Source: Rhodospirillales bacterium (lineage in GTDB: Bacteria > Pseudomonadota > Alphaproteobacteria > Bin95). From it: 64,000 nucleotides of DNA. The notes under the pieces were generated by a model. It did no database searches, was not told the origin of the DNA, and worked only from the letters and a program-made list of their open reading frames with translations. This document shows positions 27,902 through 37,461 of this stretch, one piece after another. Every line of letters begins with the position of its first letter. Positions within the stretch are counted from its first letter, which is position 1. A program made the position numbers and the translations under genes. The stretch covers positions 1,888,894 to 1,952,893 of the forward strand of contig JAYQLI010000035.1 in the NCBI GenBank assembly GCA_038143065.1, read 5' to 3'.

Positions 27902-29542
27902 ATGAGCAAAAACCATGATGCCATCGTAGTGGCTGCTCAACCAGAAGCGGCCGAGGCAGGAGCTAGAGTGCTCATGCGTGGTGGCAATGCCGTTGATGCT
28001 GCCATGACTGCCGCTTTAGTTCAGGGCGTTGTTGACCCTCAAATGTGCGGTATTGCTGGGTTTGGCTCCACGCACCTCTACCTTCCGAAAATTGGCGTGC
28101 ACGAGTGCATCGATTTTCACGGAAATACTCCCTTAGCAGCAAAACCGGAAATGTGGGCCAACCTAATTTCAGGAGAAACACGAGATGGCTTTGGCTTTAT
28201 TTTAAAAGGCCTCGTCAACGACCTGGGCTATCAAGCAATCACCACACCGGGAAGTCTTAAGGCTTATCATGCTGCAGTAGAAGATTATGGGACATGGGAT
28301 TGGGCCGACATCTGTCAGCCTGCAATCACTCAAGCACAGAAAGGTTTTGTTGTCCGACCTCATGTTCACTTCTGGTGGACGCAAGGGGCTGCATTTGGAC
28401 GGGCTGAGGTGTCAGATCGGTTAAAATTCTCAGCTACTGGGCGCGAAACCTATTTTCGAGCTGATGGAACTCTAAAACGTGTTGGCGACCTTATTACCAA
28501 CCCTGATCTTGCCAAAACCCTGGAAAGAATTGCCAAGGGCGGTTCTGCTGTTTTTTACGAAGGTGAAATTGCTGAGGAAATTGACTCGGATATGAGGGCA
28601 AATGGCGGGCTTTTGCGAAAGGAAGATCTGGCCAAGTACATCCTAGTACGCGGCGCCCCAATTTGGACCAATTATCGCGGCTATAGGATTGCATCTAACA
28701 GCCCTCCTGGCGGAGGTATTCAACTTCTAGAAATGTTAAATATTCTAGAAAATTTTGACTTGGCAGAGATTGGCCATAACGAGCCTGAATATATACGAAT
28801 TCTGGCTGAAGCCATGAAGCAAGCCACCATTGATAAAGATGCTTTTGTTGGTGACCCTGCATTTGTTGAAGTCCCCATTGAACATTTACTATCAAAAAAA
28901 TATGCGGCGGGAATCGCGCGCCGCATTCGTCAAAGAGAGAAGGCAGAGGTAGAGCGCTATCAGGGTGGTTTAGAAGAAAGCCGAGATACCACTCACATTG
29001 TTGTTCGCGACCGTGATGGCAATATTGTAACTATGACCCATTCGCTTGGGATGCCTTCCGGCGTAATCACAGATGGACTTGGTTTTATGTACAACGGCTG
29101 CATGGGTGTATTTGACCCGAGACCCGGCCGTGCAGGATCTGTAGCTCCAGGAAAAAGCCGCTTCTCCTCTCTCTGTCCAACCATTGTATTTGATGGAGAC
29201 AGACCCGTGATTGCCCTGGGTGCTCCTGGAGGCACCCAGATTGCGATGGGCGTTATGCAAACAATTTTAAATATGCTCGATTTCAAAATGTCGCCTGTTG
29301 AAGCAGTCTCCGCTCCAAGAGTTTCTGCTACAAGCAACGTGATCGATATTGCCAACCAGATCCCAAACTATGCCATTGAACCACTAGAAGCAGAGGGCTA
29401 TCAGGTTCAAAGATCACCATTAACTTTTGCCTTTTCTGCTCCCCACGCAATTGACTTTTACCCCAATAAAAAACTTCGTGGAGGAGGGGACCCTAGTCAC
29501 GATGGCGCCACTTTGACTGTTCGTCAGGGTAGTATGCAATGA
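27902..29542 (+). CDS. ggt: Gamma-glutamyltransferase family Ntn hydrolase, no signal peptide
   Basis: GGNAVDAA, PQMCGIAG, autocleavage site DTTHI, GAPGG oxyanion loop. Confidence 0.9.
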   Translation: MSKNHDAIVVAAQPEAAEAGARVLMRGGNAVDAAMTAALVQGVVDPQMCGIAGFGSTHLYLPKIGVHECIDFHGNTPLAAKPEMWANLISGETRDGFGFILKGLVNDLGYQAITTPGSLKAYHAAVEDYGTWDWADICQPAITQAQKGFVVRPHVHFWWTQGAAFGRAEVSDRLKFSATGRETYFRADGTLKRVGDLITNPDLAKTLERIAKGGSAVFYEGEIAEEIDSDMRANGGLLRKEDLAKYILVRGAPIWTNYRGYRIASNSPPGGGIQLLEMLNILENFDLAEIGHNEPEYIRILAEAMKQATIDKDAFVGDPAFVEVPIEHLLSKKYAAGIARRIRQREKAEVERYQGGLEESRDTTHIVVRDRDGNIVTMTHSLGMPSGVITDGLGFMYNGCMGVFDPRPGRAGSVAPGKSRFSSLCPTIVFDGDRPVIALGAPGGTQIAMGVMQTILNMLDFKMSPVEAVSAPRVSATSNVIDIANQIPNYAIEPLEAEGYQVQRSPLTFAFSAPHAIDFYPNKKLRGGGDPSHDGATLTVRQGSMQ

Positions 29543-30957
29543 GCGAAGAAATAATCTGGGCGAGTGCCACAGAAATAGCAAAGCGCATAGCAAGTCGTAA
29601 GATTTCTCCCGTGGAGGTTATGGCGGCAACTTTAAGACAAGCGCGCCTCGTTCAGGAAAATTGCAATGCCTTCATCACCATTGATGAAGAACGGGCAATG
29701 GCCAGGGCGCGTGAAGCAGAAAATGGAACACCGAGAGGTTCTCTGCATGGTGTGCCCATTTCTGTGAAAGATTTATGTAACACCAGAGGTCTTCGTACTA
29801 CTTTCGGCAGCCAAGCTTTTAAAGATAACATTCCAACGACAGACTGCGTCGCAGTTGCTCGCCTTAAGGCAGCAGGTGCCATTGTCTTCGCAAAAACAAC
29901 AACGCCCGAATTTGGGCATAAACCACTGACAGAGGCGCCTATTTTTGGCCGAACCCTGAATCCCTGGGATCGCAATCGTACCACCGGTGGCTCATCCGGG
30001 GGATCAGGGGCCGCAGTAGCTGCAGGAGCTGGATCGCTTGCTGTGGGCACAGATGGAGGCGGGTCAACCCGTATCCCGGCAGCGGCCTGCGGACTCGTCG
30101 GGATGAAGCAAAGCTTAGGGGTTGTTCCTCATGATCAGACACCAGATGCCTTCGGCCTGCTAGCCTATGTTGGTCCAATGGCCCGCACGGTAGCTGATGC
30201 TGGACTTATGTTAGAAGCGATGGCTGGACCAGATTCTAGTGATCCACATTCATTAGGCCGAGAGCTCCAAGGCATACAAAGAGCAGCGTCCCAGCCCTTA
30301 GACCTGAAGGGCGTCAAAATTGGTTGGCGAACCCATTTGGGAAACTCACTAGTTGATAAAGAAACTCTTTCTGCTTTTCAGGCCAGCTTAGAAATTTTGG
30401 AAAGTCTCGGCGCTACTCTCATTGAAAGGGATGATTCTTTCGATAATACACTCTCAGTTTGGGGGCCTCTCACTTTTTCTATTTGGGCATGTCGTTTTGC
30501 GCAAATAGAAAAAGAGATAGGTGCAGAAATGAGCGATACGCTGCGTTATTGGATGAATGAAGGCCGAAACTACGGGGCCGTTGACGTGCAGAGAGCAATG
30601 GAAACACGCACTCTTTTATACCGTCAGATACAATCTTGGTTTTCCGAAATTGATTTTCTCGTCACTCCTACACTTGCCTGTCCAGCTTTGCCTGCCGACC
30701 AGAGCCCATTTGATCCCGTTATGATTAATAATAACGAAGCTGGAGGTCTTAGAGATGGTTGGTATCCATATACCCATCCATTTAACTTGAGTGGACACCC
30801 GGCTATCACTCTGCCAAATGGGTTTACAAAAGATGGCCTTCCAACTGGCGGAATCCAGTTTGCGGGACCCTGGCTGACAGACACACGGCTTCTGGAATTA
30901 AGTGCTGCCTATGAAGGAGCCGCTGGCATTTCGATGCGCAGGCCAAGCTTTTCCTGA
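29539..30957 (+). CDS. Amidase (amidase-signature family)
   Basis: VKD, GGSSGGS, GTDGGGSTRIPA; ATGA overlap with the ggt stop. Confidence 0.93.
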   Translation: MSEEIIWASATEIAKRIASRKISPVEVMAATLRQARLVQENCNAFITIDEERAMARAREAENGTPRGSLHGVPISVKDLCNTRGLRTTFGSQAFKDNIPTTDCVAVARLKAAGAIVFAKTTTPEFGHKPLTEAPIFGRTLNPWDRNRTTGGSSGGSGAAVAAGAGSLAVGTDGGGSTRIPAAACGLVGMKQSLGVVPHDQTPDAFGLLAYVGPMARTVADAGLMLEAMAGPDSSDPHSLGRELQGIQRAASQPLDLKGVKIGWRTHLGNSLVDKETLSAFQASLEILESLGATLIERDDSFDNTLSVWGPLTFSIWACRFAQIEKEIGAEMSDTLRYWMNEGRNYGAVDVQRAMETRTLLYRQIQSWFSEIDFLVTPTLACPALPADQSPFDPVMINNNEAGGLRDGWYPYTHPFNLSGHPAITLPNGFTKDGLPTGGIQFAGPWLTDTRLLELSAAYEGAAGISMRRPSFS

Positions 30958-30963
30958 GTTTTC

Positions 30964-31818
30964 TCAAGATACTTCGTCTAGAAAAGCGGTGACCGCCTCT
31001 ATAAATACGTCATTCTTGTCGCCAGCAACCATATGACCCGCAGCAGCTACATCCACAAATCGAGCGTTTGGAGCAAGGTCCACAAATTCTTGAGCGGTTT
31101 CTGGAGTAACCAAATCTGATTTTCCACCTCGAACAAGCAGTGCGGGCATTGCTAAGTGACGCGTGGCTTCCCTCATTCTAGCAGGATCGCGATCTTCCAT
31201 GCGTGTATCAATGTCCGTCATGAAGCCTGGATCCCAGTGCCAGTACCAACGACCGTCATCACGCCGCCTGAGATTTTTTTCCAAACCTGCATTAGATTTG
31301 GGGCGAGGACGGTCCGGAAGATAAGATGCAACATAGTCCGCAGCCTCATCGAGGTCTGCAAAACCGACATGCATTCGTGCTTGCATAAAGCTGATTATGC
31401 GCTCAACACCCGCGCGTTCAACGGTTGGAGTGATGTCCACAAAGATTACAGCACTTGCAACATCAGCAGGCTTCTGCGCCTCTCCAGCCCCAAGCATAGA
31501 GGCCAAGCCACCTAATGATGCGCCAACAACTGCTGGCGGCTGTTGCATAGAGGCGGTAACGGTGCGCATATCTCTAGCAAAGTCATCAATCTTATAAACA
31601 CCACTTGGAGCCCAGTCGCTCTCACCATGACCTCGCTGATCTAAGGCAATTGCCCTCCAGCCCCGTTCCGCAAGCGACCTAGCTGCAGCTCCCCAAGCGT
31701 GTTTGGTTTGACCTCCTCCATGCAGAAGCAAAACAGGGCGTCCATTTTGTGGTCCCAGGGCCTCACCGCGCAGGACAACACCATCACCCATTAAATATTC
31801 AATGTGTTCGACCTTCAT
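30964..31818 (-). CDS. Alpha/beta fold hydrolase
   Basis: LLHGGGQT, DQRGHGES, GASLGG, AGHMVAGD. Confidence 0.9.
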   Translation of the reverse strand: MKVEHIEYLMGDGVVLRGEALGPQNGRPVLLLHGGGQTKHAWGAAARSLAERGWRAIALDQRGHGESDWAPSGVYKIDDFARDMRTVTASMQQPPAVVGASLGGLASMLGAGEAQKPADVASAVIFVDITPTVERAGVERIISFMQARMHVGFADLDEAADYVASYLPDRPRPKSNAGLEKNLRRRDDGRWYWHWDPGFMTDIDTRMEDRDPARMREATRHLAMPALLVRGGKSDLVTPETAQEFVDLAPNARFVDVAAAGHMVAGDKNDVFIEAVTAFLDEVS

Positions 31819-32872
31819 CGAATTGGCTTTCGCAATGAGATTCCATATTCGATAGCTAATGGTTCGAGTGCCGGAATTATCGATGGGTGCAAGGCAACTC
31901 CACTTGCCAATGCTGCACGTTTCCTAGCCAGAGCGCCATCGCCAGGCATGCGGGCTGGAGGGTCTCCAGGGGCCGTGCGAGCTTCTCGACAAGCCTTAGA
32001 AAGCCAACCGGCTTCCCTTTCAAATGCCTGGCGACCGCCAAAGGCCTCAGGGTCGATGCACTGAACGTAAACAGAGGCCCCCATTGGGTAGAACCGTCTG
32101 CACGCCCATACCCACCAAGACCGGAGGTTAATGCTTCAGCCATAAGAGCTAAACCAAAGCCTTTATGACCTCTGTCTAAACCACCAAGAGGCAGAAAGGC
32201 TCCTGGAGGATCAGTGAACAGTTCCTCTGGATCATCAGTTGCCTTACCGTCAGCAGTTATTAGCCATTCACCAGGCAAGCGAAGTCCCACAGACTTCTGC
32301 CGCATAGCGAGACCCATTGTGGTGCCAGACGCCGAAATATCTATCAGAACTGGGTCACCATCTGTCGGATATCCAAAAGCTATAGGATTCGGTGTGAACA
32401 GCGGTTCTGTGGCTCCATAAGGCGCCACCGCCTTTACTGAGGGGTCTGATGAAACGAGCATAACTGCGAGGCCTTGCTCAGTTGCGATTGGGAGAAAAGT
32501 CGCAAGGCAGGCAATATGATGAGATCGTCGGATAGTGATGGCTGCCAGCCCGTGCTCTTTGGCCCGCCGTGCTGCCTCATCTACAGCCTTCCATGCCAGC
32601 CAGACACCTGATCTGTAGCCCCCATCCCAAACAGCAGCCACGGTCTTATCAGAAATAACCTCTACATCGCCATCTGCTGGCATATTTCCTTGCTTCAGGT
32701 CCTTTAGATACCCTGCGGCTTGAGCAAGGCCATGTGTATCATGGCCCATTAGGTCGCCCTCAACTAAATATCGTGCGACAATCCTTGATCGGTCGTCAGG
32801 CATTCCAGCGGCAACGAATAAAGCAGTAGCAAAGGATTCAAGATTCTCTGCAGAGTACAGAACATTAGTCAT
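31815..32872 (-). CDS. Ldh_2 family oxidoreductase (third member), split by a -1 indel at C5 32078-32082
   Basis: GHDTHG, SHHIACL, TPNPIA, GHKGFGL. Joins 31815..32084 (WGASVYVQCIDP...RMPG) if G5 is read as G6. Confidence 0.9.
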
Positions 32873-32905
32873 AGGTTTGTCTGTCCTTATAGTGCAATGA
32901 TGGCC

Positions 32906-34512
32906 TTAAGCGGCGTCCTCAAGAATCATCTCAGCGCCTTTTTCAGCGATCATAATTACCGGCGCATTGGTGTTCCCAGAAACTAGGGTTGGCATCACCG
33001 AGGCATCAACAACGCGGAGTCCATCCAGACCCTGCACTTTAAGGCGATCATCAACCACAGCCATTGGATCATCACGCCGGCCCATCCTGCAGGTCCCAAC
33101 AGGATGAAATATCGTAACACCGTTTGATCGAGCTACATCCAACAATTCATCATCGGTATGAGCCCCTCTGGCCGGTGATAATTCTTCGCGTATGTGCTTG
33201 GCTAGAGATGGAGCCGCAACAATTTTCCGAACGATGTGCATTCCGGCCACAATTGCTTGCTGGTCTATTTCATCAGAAAGAAAGTTGGGGCGTATTGCTG
33301 GCGGCTCTCTGTAATCTTTTGACTTGATGTGTATTGTGCCTCGGCTTTCTGGCCTATTTTGATTAGGAGCAAACGTTATTCCAGGAAAATCATCTAGAAT
33401 ACGCTTGCGAACATCTTTGAAAGAAGCGTGCGTGGCTCGAATTTGAAGATCCGGGACCTCCAACTCAGGACGAGACCTTACAAAGCCATTTAAGAGTCCC
33501 GCCGGAACGGCGAGAACGCCCTTGCGGGTAAACGCATACTTAACCAGTTCCTTAGCGAGCGATAGACCTTTGGTCTGCTGGTTGAAGGAAGGAAACCTTC
33601 AAACCTCCAAACCATACGAACTAACATGTGGTCGCGATAATTTTCACCCACCCCCAAAGATTCATGGCGAACCTTCACTCCATGCTGACCCAAAATGTCT
33701 GGCCTACCAATACCAGACAATTCTAGAATTTGGGGAGATTGCACGGCCCCAGCAGCAAGAATTACCTCTCGTCCCGCTTTGGCCAGTTTTTTGGTTCCCT
33801 TGCAGTCGTAGGAAACTCCCGTTACGCGCCGACCCTCAATTTGTAACTCCGTCACAAATGCATGTGTTTCAATCCGGAGGTTTGGCCTATTTTTAACTGG
33901 ATCTAAAAATGCTTTGGCTGCAGACCAGCGCCTCCCTCTCTTTTGAGTCACTTGATAATAAGAGAAACCTTCTTGATCACCCTTATTATAGTCATCAGTA
34001 AGCTTAAAACCCGCTTCGACAGCCGCCTTTAGAACCTGATCAAGCATTGGATAAGTTTCGGTCAGGTCAGCAACGTTTAATTCTCCCCCACGGCCACGCC
34101 ATGGAGTGGCTTCAGATGCGCCCTCTCTGTTTTCCGACTTTATGAATAAGGGCAACACATCATCCCATGACCATCCACGACAACCCATTTGGGCCCAGTC
34201 ATCATAGTCGCGGGCCTGGCCCCTGACATAAACCATTCCATTTATTGAAGATGAACCGCCAAGCGCCTTTCCACGTGCAATTGGTAATTTTCGATTTTTT
34301 GTTCCTTCTTCAGGCTCAGACTCAAACCCCCAATTGTAACGGGGGTTATTCATCGTTTTAACGAAACCAGCAGGGACATGGATAAGGGGATGACTATCTT
34401 TACCACCAGCTTCCAGCAGTAAAACTCTATTGTTTGGGTCTGCTGTCAGGCGATTTGCGAGTACACACCCTGCTGAGCCGGCTCCAATAATTATGTAGTC
34501 GAAGACATCCAT
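32906..34512 (-). CDS. GMC oxidoreductase (choline dehydrogenase-like), split by a -1 indel near 33593
   Basis: [30 protein letters not shown]. The shifted frame continues PSFNQQTKG...PDLQ...[10 protein letters not shown]...[16 protein letters not shown]. Confidence 0.92.
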
Positions 34513-34542
34513 AGCACTGCACCTGCGCGAACTTTTAAAAAA

Positions 34543-34619
34543 TGGCGACCCCGGCAGGATTCGAACCTGCGACCGCGAGCTTAGAAGGCACGTGCTCTAT
34601 CCAGCTGAGCTACGGGGTC
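34543..34619 (-). tRNA. tRNA-Arg(TCT)
   Basis: Reverse complement GACCCCGTAGCTCAGCTGGATAGAGCACGTGCCTTCTAAGCTCGCGGTCGCAGGTTCGAATCCTGCCGGGGTCGCCA; anticodon TCT, CCA end. Confidence 0.95.
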
Positions 34620-34642
34620 TGTAGCTGGAGGGTAAAGGTTCC

Positions 34643-34930
34643 CTACCAGCGAAAATTGTCTGAGTAACTCTTAACCTTGGGCAAACGCTGCTTTGGTTCC
34701 CGAACAGCGTAGGAAATATTTCGGCCCTCAGCGTAAGCAATTGCCTCTTCTTTACTGTCAAAGCGAAGCTGCACCTGGCGACGAGTATCGCCTGAACCTA
34801 TCCACCCCATCAATGGCTCCGCTCTTCGGGCTTCAGATGGTTCCCACTCTAAGACCCACGACTTGGTCTTAGCTCTGCCTTGCTGCATAGCAGTACGTGC
34901 TGGCTGAAAGATTCTTGCTGTAGCAGTCAT
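34643..34930 (-). CDS. ETC complex I subunit (NDUFS4-like)
   Basis: ARIF.PA.TAMQ.G, PLMGW.GS.D...QV.L.F...E.AI.YA, KSYSDNF. Confidence 0.93.
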   Translation of the reverse strand: MTATARIFQPARTAMQQGRAKTKSWVLEWEPSEARRAEPLMGWIGSGDTRRQVQLRFDSKEEAIAYAEGRNISYAVREPKQRLPKVKSYSDNFRW

Positions 34931-35179
34931 TTTGGCTCGTTTCCCAGCCTCTCAAACTTAATATCCTCACCTTTTTTACTCATAAACCGTAGTGGGCGAA
35001 AGACTTCTAATGCGAGGAGCAAAGGAAATTATGTCTCGGTGTATTAAAGCTCAAACCCTAAGGGGTGCAGGTACGCACTGAAAGCTTTTTGTATTTCCCG
35101 TCTATAATGCTGGTGATTATATGTAATTAAGAGAAGAATAAAGGCCAGGATATGGCTAAGCAGGGACAGAGAAGTCGGG

Positions 35180-36160
35180 ATGAGAGCCGTTGTTTGTACC
35201 GCCCTGGGTGGTCCTGAAAATCTTGAGGTAATCAGCAGGCCTGCCCTAAAGAATCCAGGCTTGAATGAGGTTTTAGTTCAACAGCGAGCGTGGGGCGTCA
35301 ATTTCGTCGATGCTCTTATGTGCCGTGGTGGATATCAACTAAAACCTGACCCACCTTTCATCCCAGGTTTAGAAGCTGCTGGCGAAATCGTGGCCGTTGG
35401 CCCCAATATAGAGGGTTGGAAAATTGGAGATCGTGTCATCTCGCACCACCGACCAGGTGGATTTCAAGAGATGCATATTCTTACAGCTGACGAATTGTGG
35501 CCTGTACCTTCTGTTATGAGTTTTGAGGAAGCTGCGACTTTCCGATCTGCCGCGATGACGGCCTACCACAGCCTTGTAGATAGAGGCAGGCTAGAAAATG
35601 GTGAAATAGTCTTAGTTCATGGTGCTACTGGTGGCGTTGGACTTGCTGCCGTCCAACTCGCAAAAGCCCTGGGTGCAACAGTGATAGCAACCGGGGGGGA
35701 CAATAAAAAGCTGGCTATGGTAAAATTGGCCGGTGCGGACCATGTCATTTCTTCTGCTCCTGGTTTCCGTGATGAAGTAAAAGCACTTACCGATGGCTTC
35801 GGGGTAAATCTTGTTTATGACCCAGTAGGCGGTGATATCTTTGATGAAAGTGTTCGATGCCTAGCTTGGGAGGGTAGAATTATCGTTGTTGGTTTTGTGT
35901 CTGGCCGCGCCGCATCGGCTAAAACAAACCACCTATTGATAAAGGGGGCATCAGTCATCGGCATTAGAGCTGGAGAAGGGGCTAGGAGAAATCCTGTTAG
36001 GGGTGCTCTTGCAAAGGCAAATTTATTGTCATTAGCAGAAAGCGGGCAGATAACACCTCACATATCACACCGTTTCCAGCTAGAAGATGTAGGTGAAGCT
36101 TTTCGCGCTATTGAGGCACGGAAAATAACCGGTAAAGCTGTACTCACATCAAGCAGGTAA
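35180..36160 (+). CDS. NADPH:quinone oxidoreductase family (MDR) protein
   Basis: GVNF.D, PF.PGLEAAG, VHGATGGVG, VYDPVGG, GK.VL. Confidence 0.92.
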   Translation: MRAVVCTALGGPENLEVISRPALKNPGLNEVLVQQRAWGVNFVDALMCRGGYQLKPDPPFIPGLEAAGEIVAVGPNIEGWKIGDRVISHHRPGGFQEMHILTADELWPVPSVMSFEEAATFRSAAMTAYHSLVDRGRLENGEIVLVHGATGGVGLAAVQLAKALGATVIATGGDNKKLAMVKLAGADHVISSAPGFRDEVKALTDGFGVNLVYDPVGGDIFDESVRCLAWEGRIIVVGFVSGRAASAKTNHLLIKGASVIGIRAGEGARRNPVRGALAKANLLSLAESGQITPHISHRFQLEDVGEAFRAIEARKITGKAVLTSSR

Positions 36161-36214
36161 AAGTCAAAAACTGAGAATTACCTGATAATTTTCCAGGATG
36201 GCGGCACACCAACA

Positions 36215-36886
36215 TCAGCGATTTGGCATTCCAATCACGACGTCGACATAACTGCGATAAGTTTGATCCTTTGGCTTATCGAGATCTTCTGGGTTTTCAT
36301 AGCGAATAGAAGATTTTCCCAGAAGTCGTTCTGGCAAAACTGATGTGCGAACGAACCGCGTAGCAAGTTTGCCCGCCTGTGCAAATACAGGATCAGGACC
36401 ACTCTCAAACCACGGCTCGCCAATACCATAGCTGTGAGATGTATTTTCAGCATCAATTCGGATGGAACCAGAAACGAGAGAACGGATTCCCGGACCCCGA
36501 TGTGTATGGGTATATGCGCAGCCACCGGCGGGAAAGGCGACACCATCTAATCGCATTAACCAGCCTTCATTATCTTCTGTCTCAACAGTCTTGATGGCGC
36601 CTGAGAGGAGAAGGTTTGAAATAACACCATCACCTTCGGCCAAACTTTCCTCCGTCTCTTCAAGAGCAATTTCCCAACGCCATACTTCTGCACCTTTTGG
36701 ACCTGCTGATAAGGACATAGCGGACTTTGAATAAAACCCAGAATCTTTTTCCAAAGACTTATCTTGCAGTAAGGTGGCGCTGCCATCGTAAACATAAACT
36801 ATTCGATGTGCAGCTTTTAACGGACGGAGAATCTCGGCACCTGGTTGAAGTTGATCACGATAAAAACGGAGTTCAAGTGATGTCAT
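36215..36886 (-). CDS. Cupin-fold hypothetical protein, translationally coupled to soxG
   Basis: FPAGG.AYTHTH.GPGIR.L..G...WFESGPDPV cupin-like motif; ATGA overlap at 36883-36886. Confidence 0.7.
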   Translation of the reverse strand: MTSLELRFYRDQLQPGAEILRPLKAAHRIVYVYDGSATLLQDKSLEKDSGFYSKSAMSLSAGPKGAEVWRWEIALEETEESLAEGDGVISNLLLSGAIKTVETEDNEGWLMRLDGVAFPAGGCAYTHTHRGPGIRSLVSGSIRIDAENTSHSYGIGEPWFESGPDPVFAQAGKLATRFVRTSVLPERLLGKSSIRYENPEDLDKPKDQTYRSYVDVVIGMPNR

Positions 36887-37461
36887 TTATCTGATCTCGC
36901 AAGTATCAATCCAAATTCCCTACCTGCTTCCTTCAGCCACAAAGCCCAAGAACGCGCGAAGCTGCGGGCAATGTAAATATCAAATGCATCATTTCCAGAA
37001 GCATGAATGACGACATTGGCATTACCTACTGACGTTTGTGCAAATGCGCCGGTAGGAAAGCTCTTCGCCCTAAGATCAATCTTTGCGTCTACCGCCAACA
37101 AATCTCGAGCGGCACTTCCTCTTATAAAAATTCTTGTTCGGGCGGAACCGGTATCAATAGCTGCAAAGGTATCGTTATTCTCTAAATGCTGGCCAAAGTT
37201 TGCGTTGGCTTCATCAAACGCAAGCCATTGATCCGGACCAAGTCGGAAGATAACCCGATTATCCAATTGTGCAGCCATCATTGGGTCTGTTGGCAACGCT
37301 AACCCAAGAGCTTGAGCTGCTGATTCTACAAAACTTGAATCTTGAAGCCGACCTCGAAGCAGTGCTTGCCCAGCGGGTGGAGCAGCGTAAGCAATGAGCC
37401 CTCCCTCAGGTTTTTCTAACCCAAGGCCAGTCACCATTTGGTCTCGCACGGAGTCAGGCAC
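36883..37461 (-). CDS. soxG: Heterotetrameric sarcosine oxidase-family gamma subunit
   Basis: LGPDQWL, G..ARDLLA....DL....F..G..AQT, RSFA...WL..A. GTG 37461 overlaps the soxA end. Confidence 0.85.
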   Translation of the reverse strand: MPDSVRDQMVTGLGLEKPEGGLIAYAAPPAGQALLRGRLQDSSFVESAAQALGLALPTDPMMAAQLDNRVIFRLGPDQWLAFDEANANFGQHLENNDTFAAIDTGSARTRIFIRGSAARDLLAVDAKIDLRAKSFPTGAFAQTSVGNANVVIHASGNDAFDIYIARSFARSWALWLKEAGREFGLILARSDK

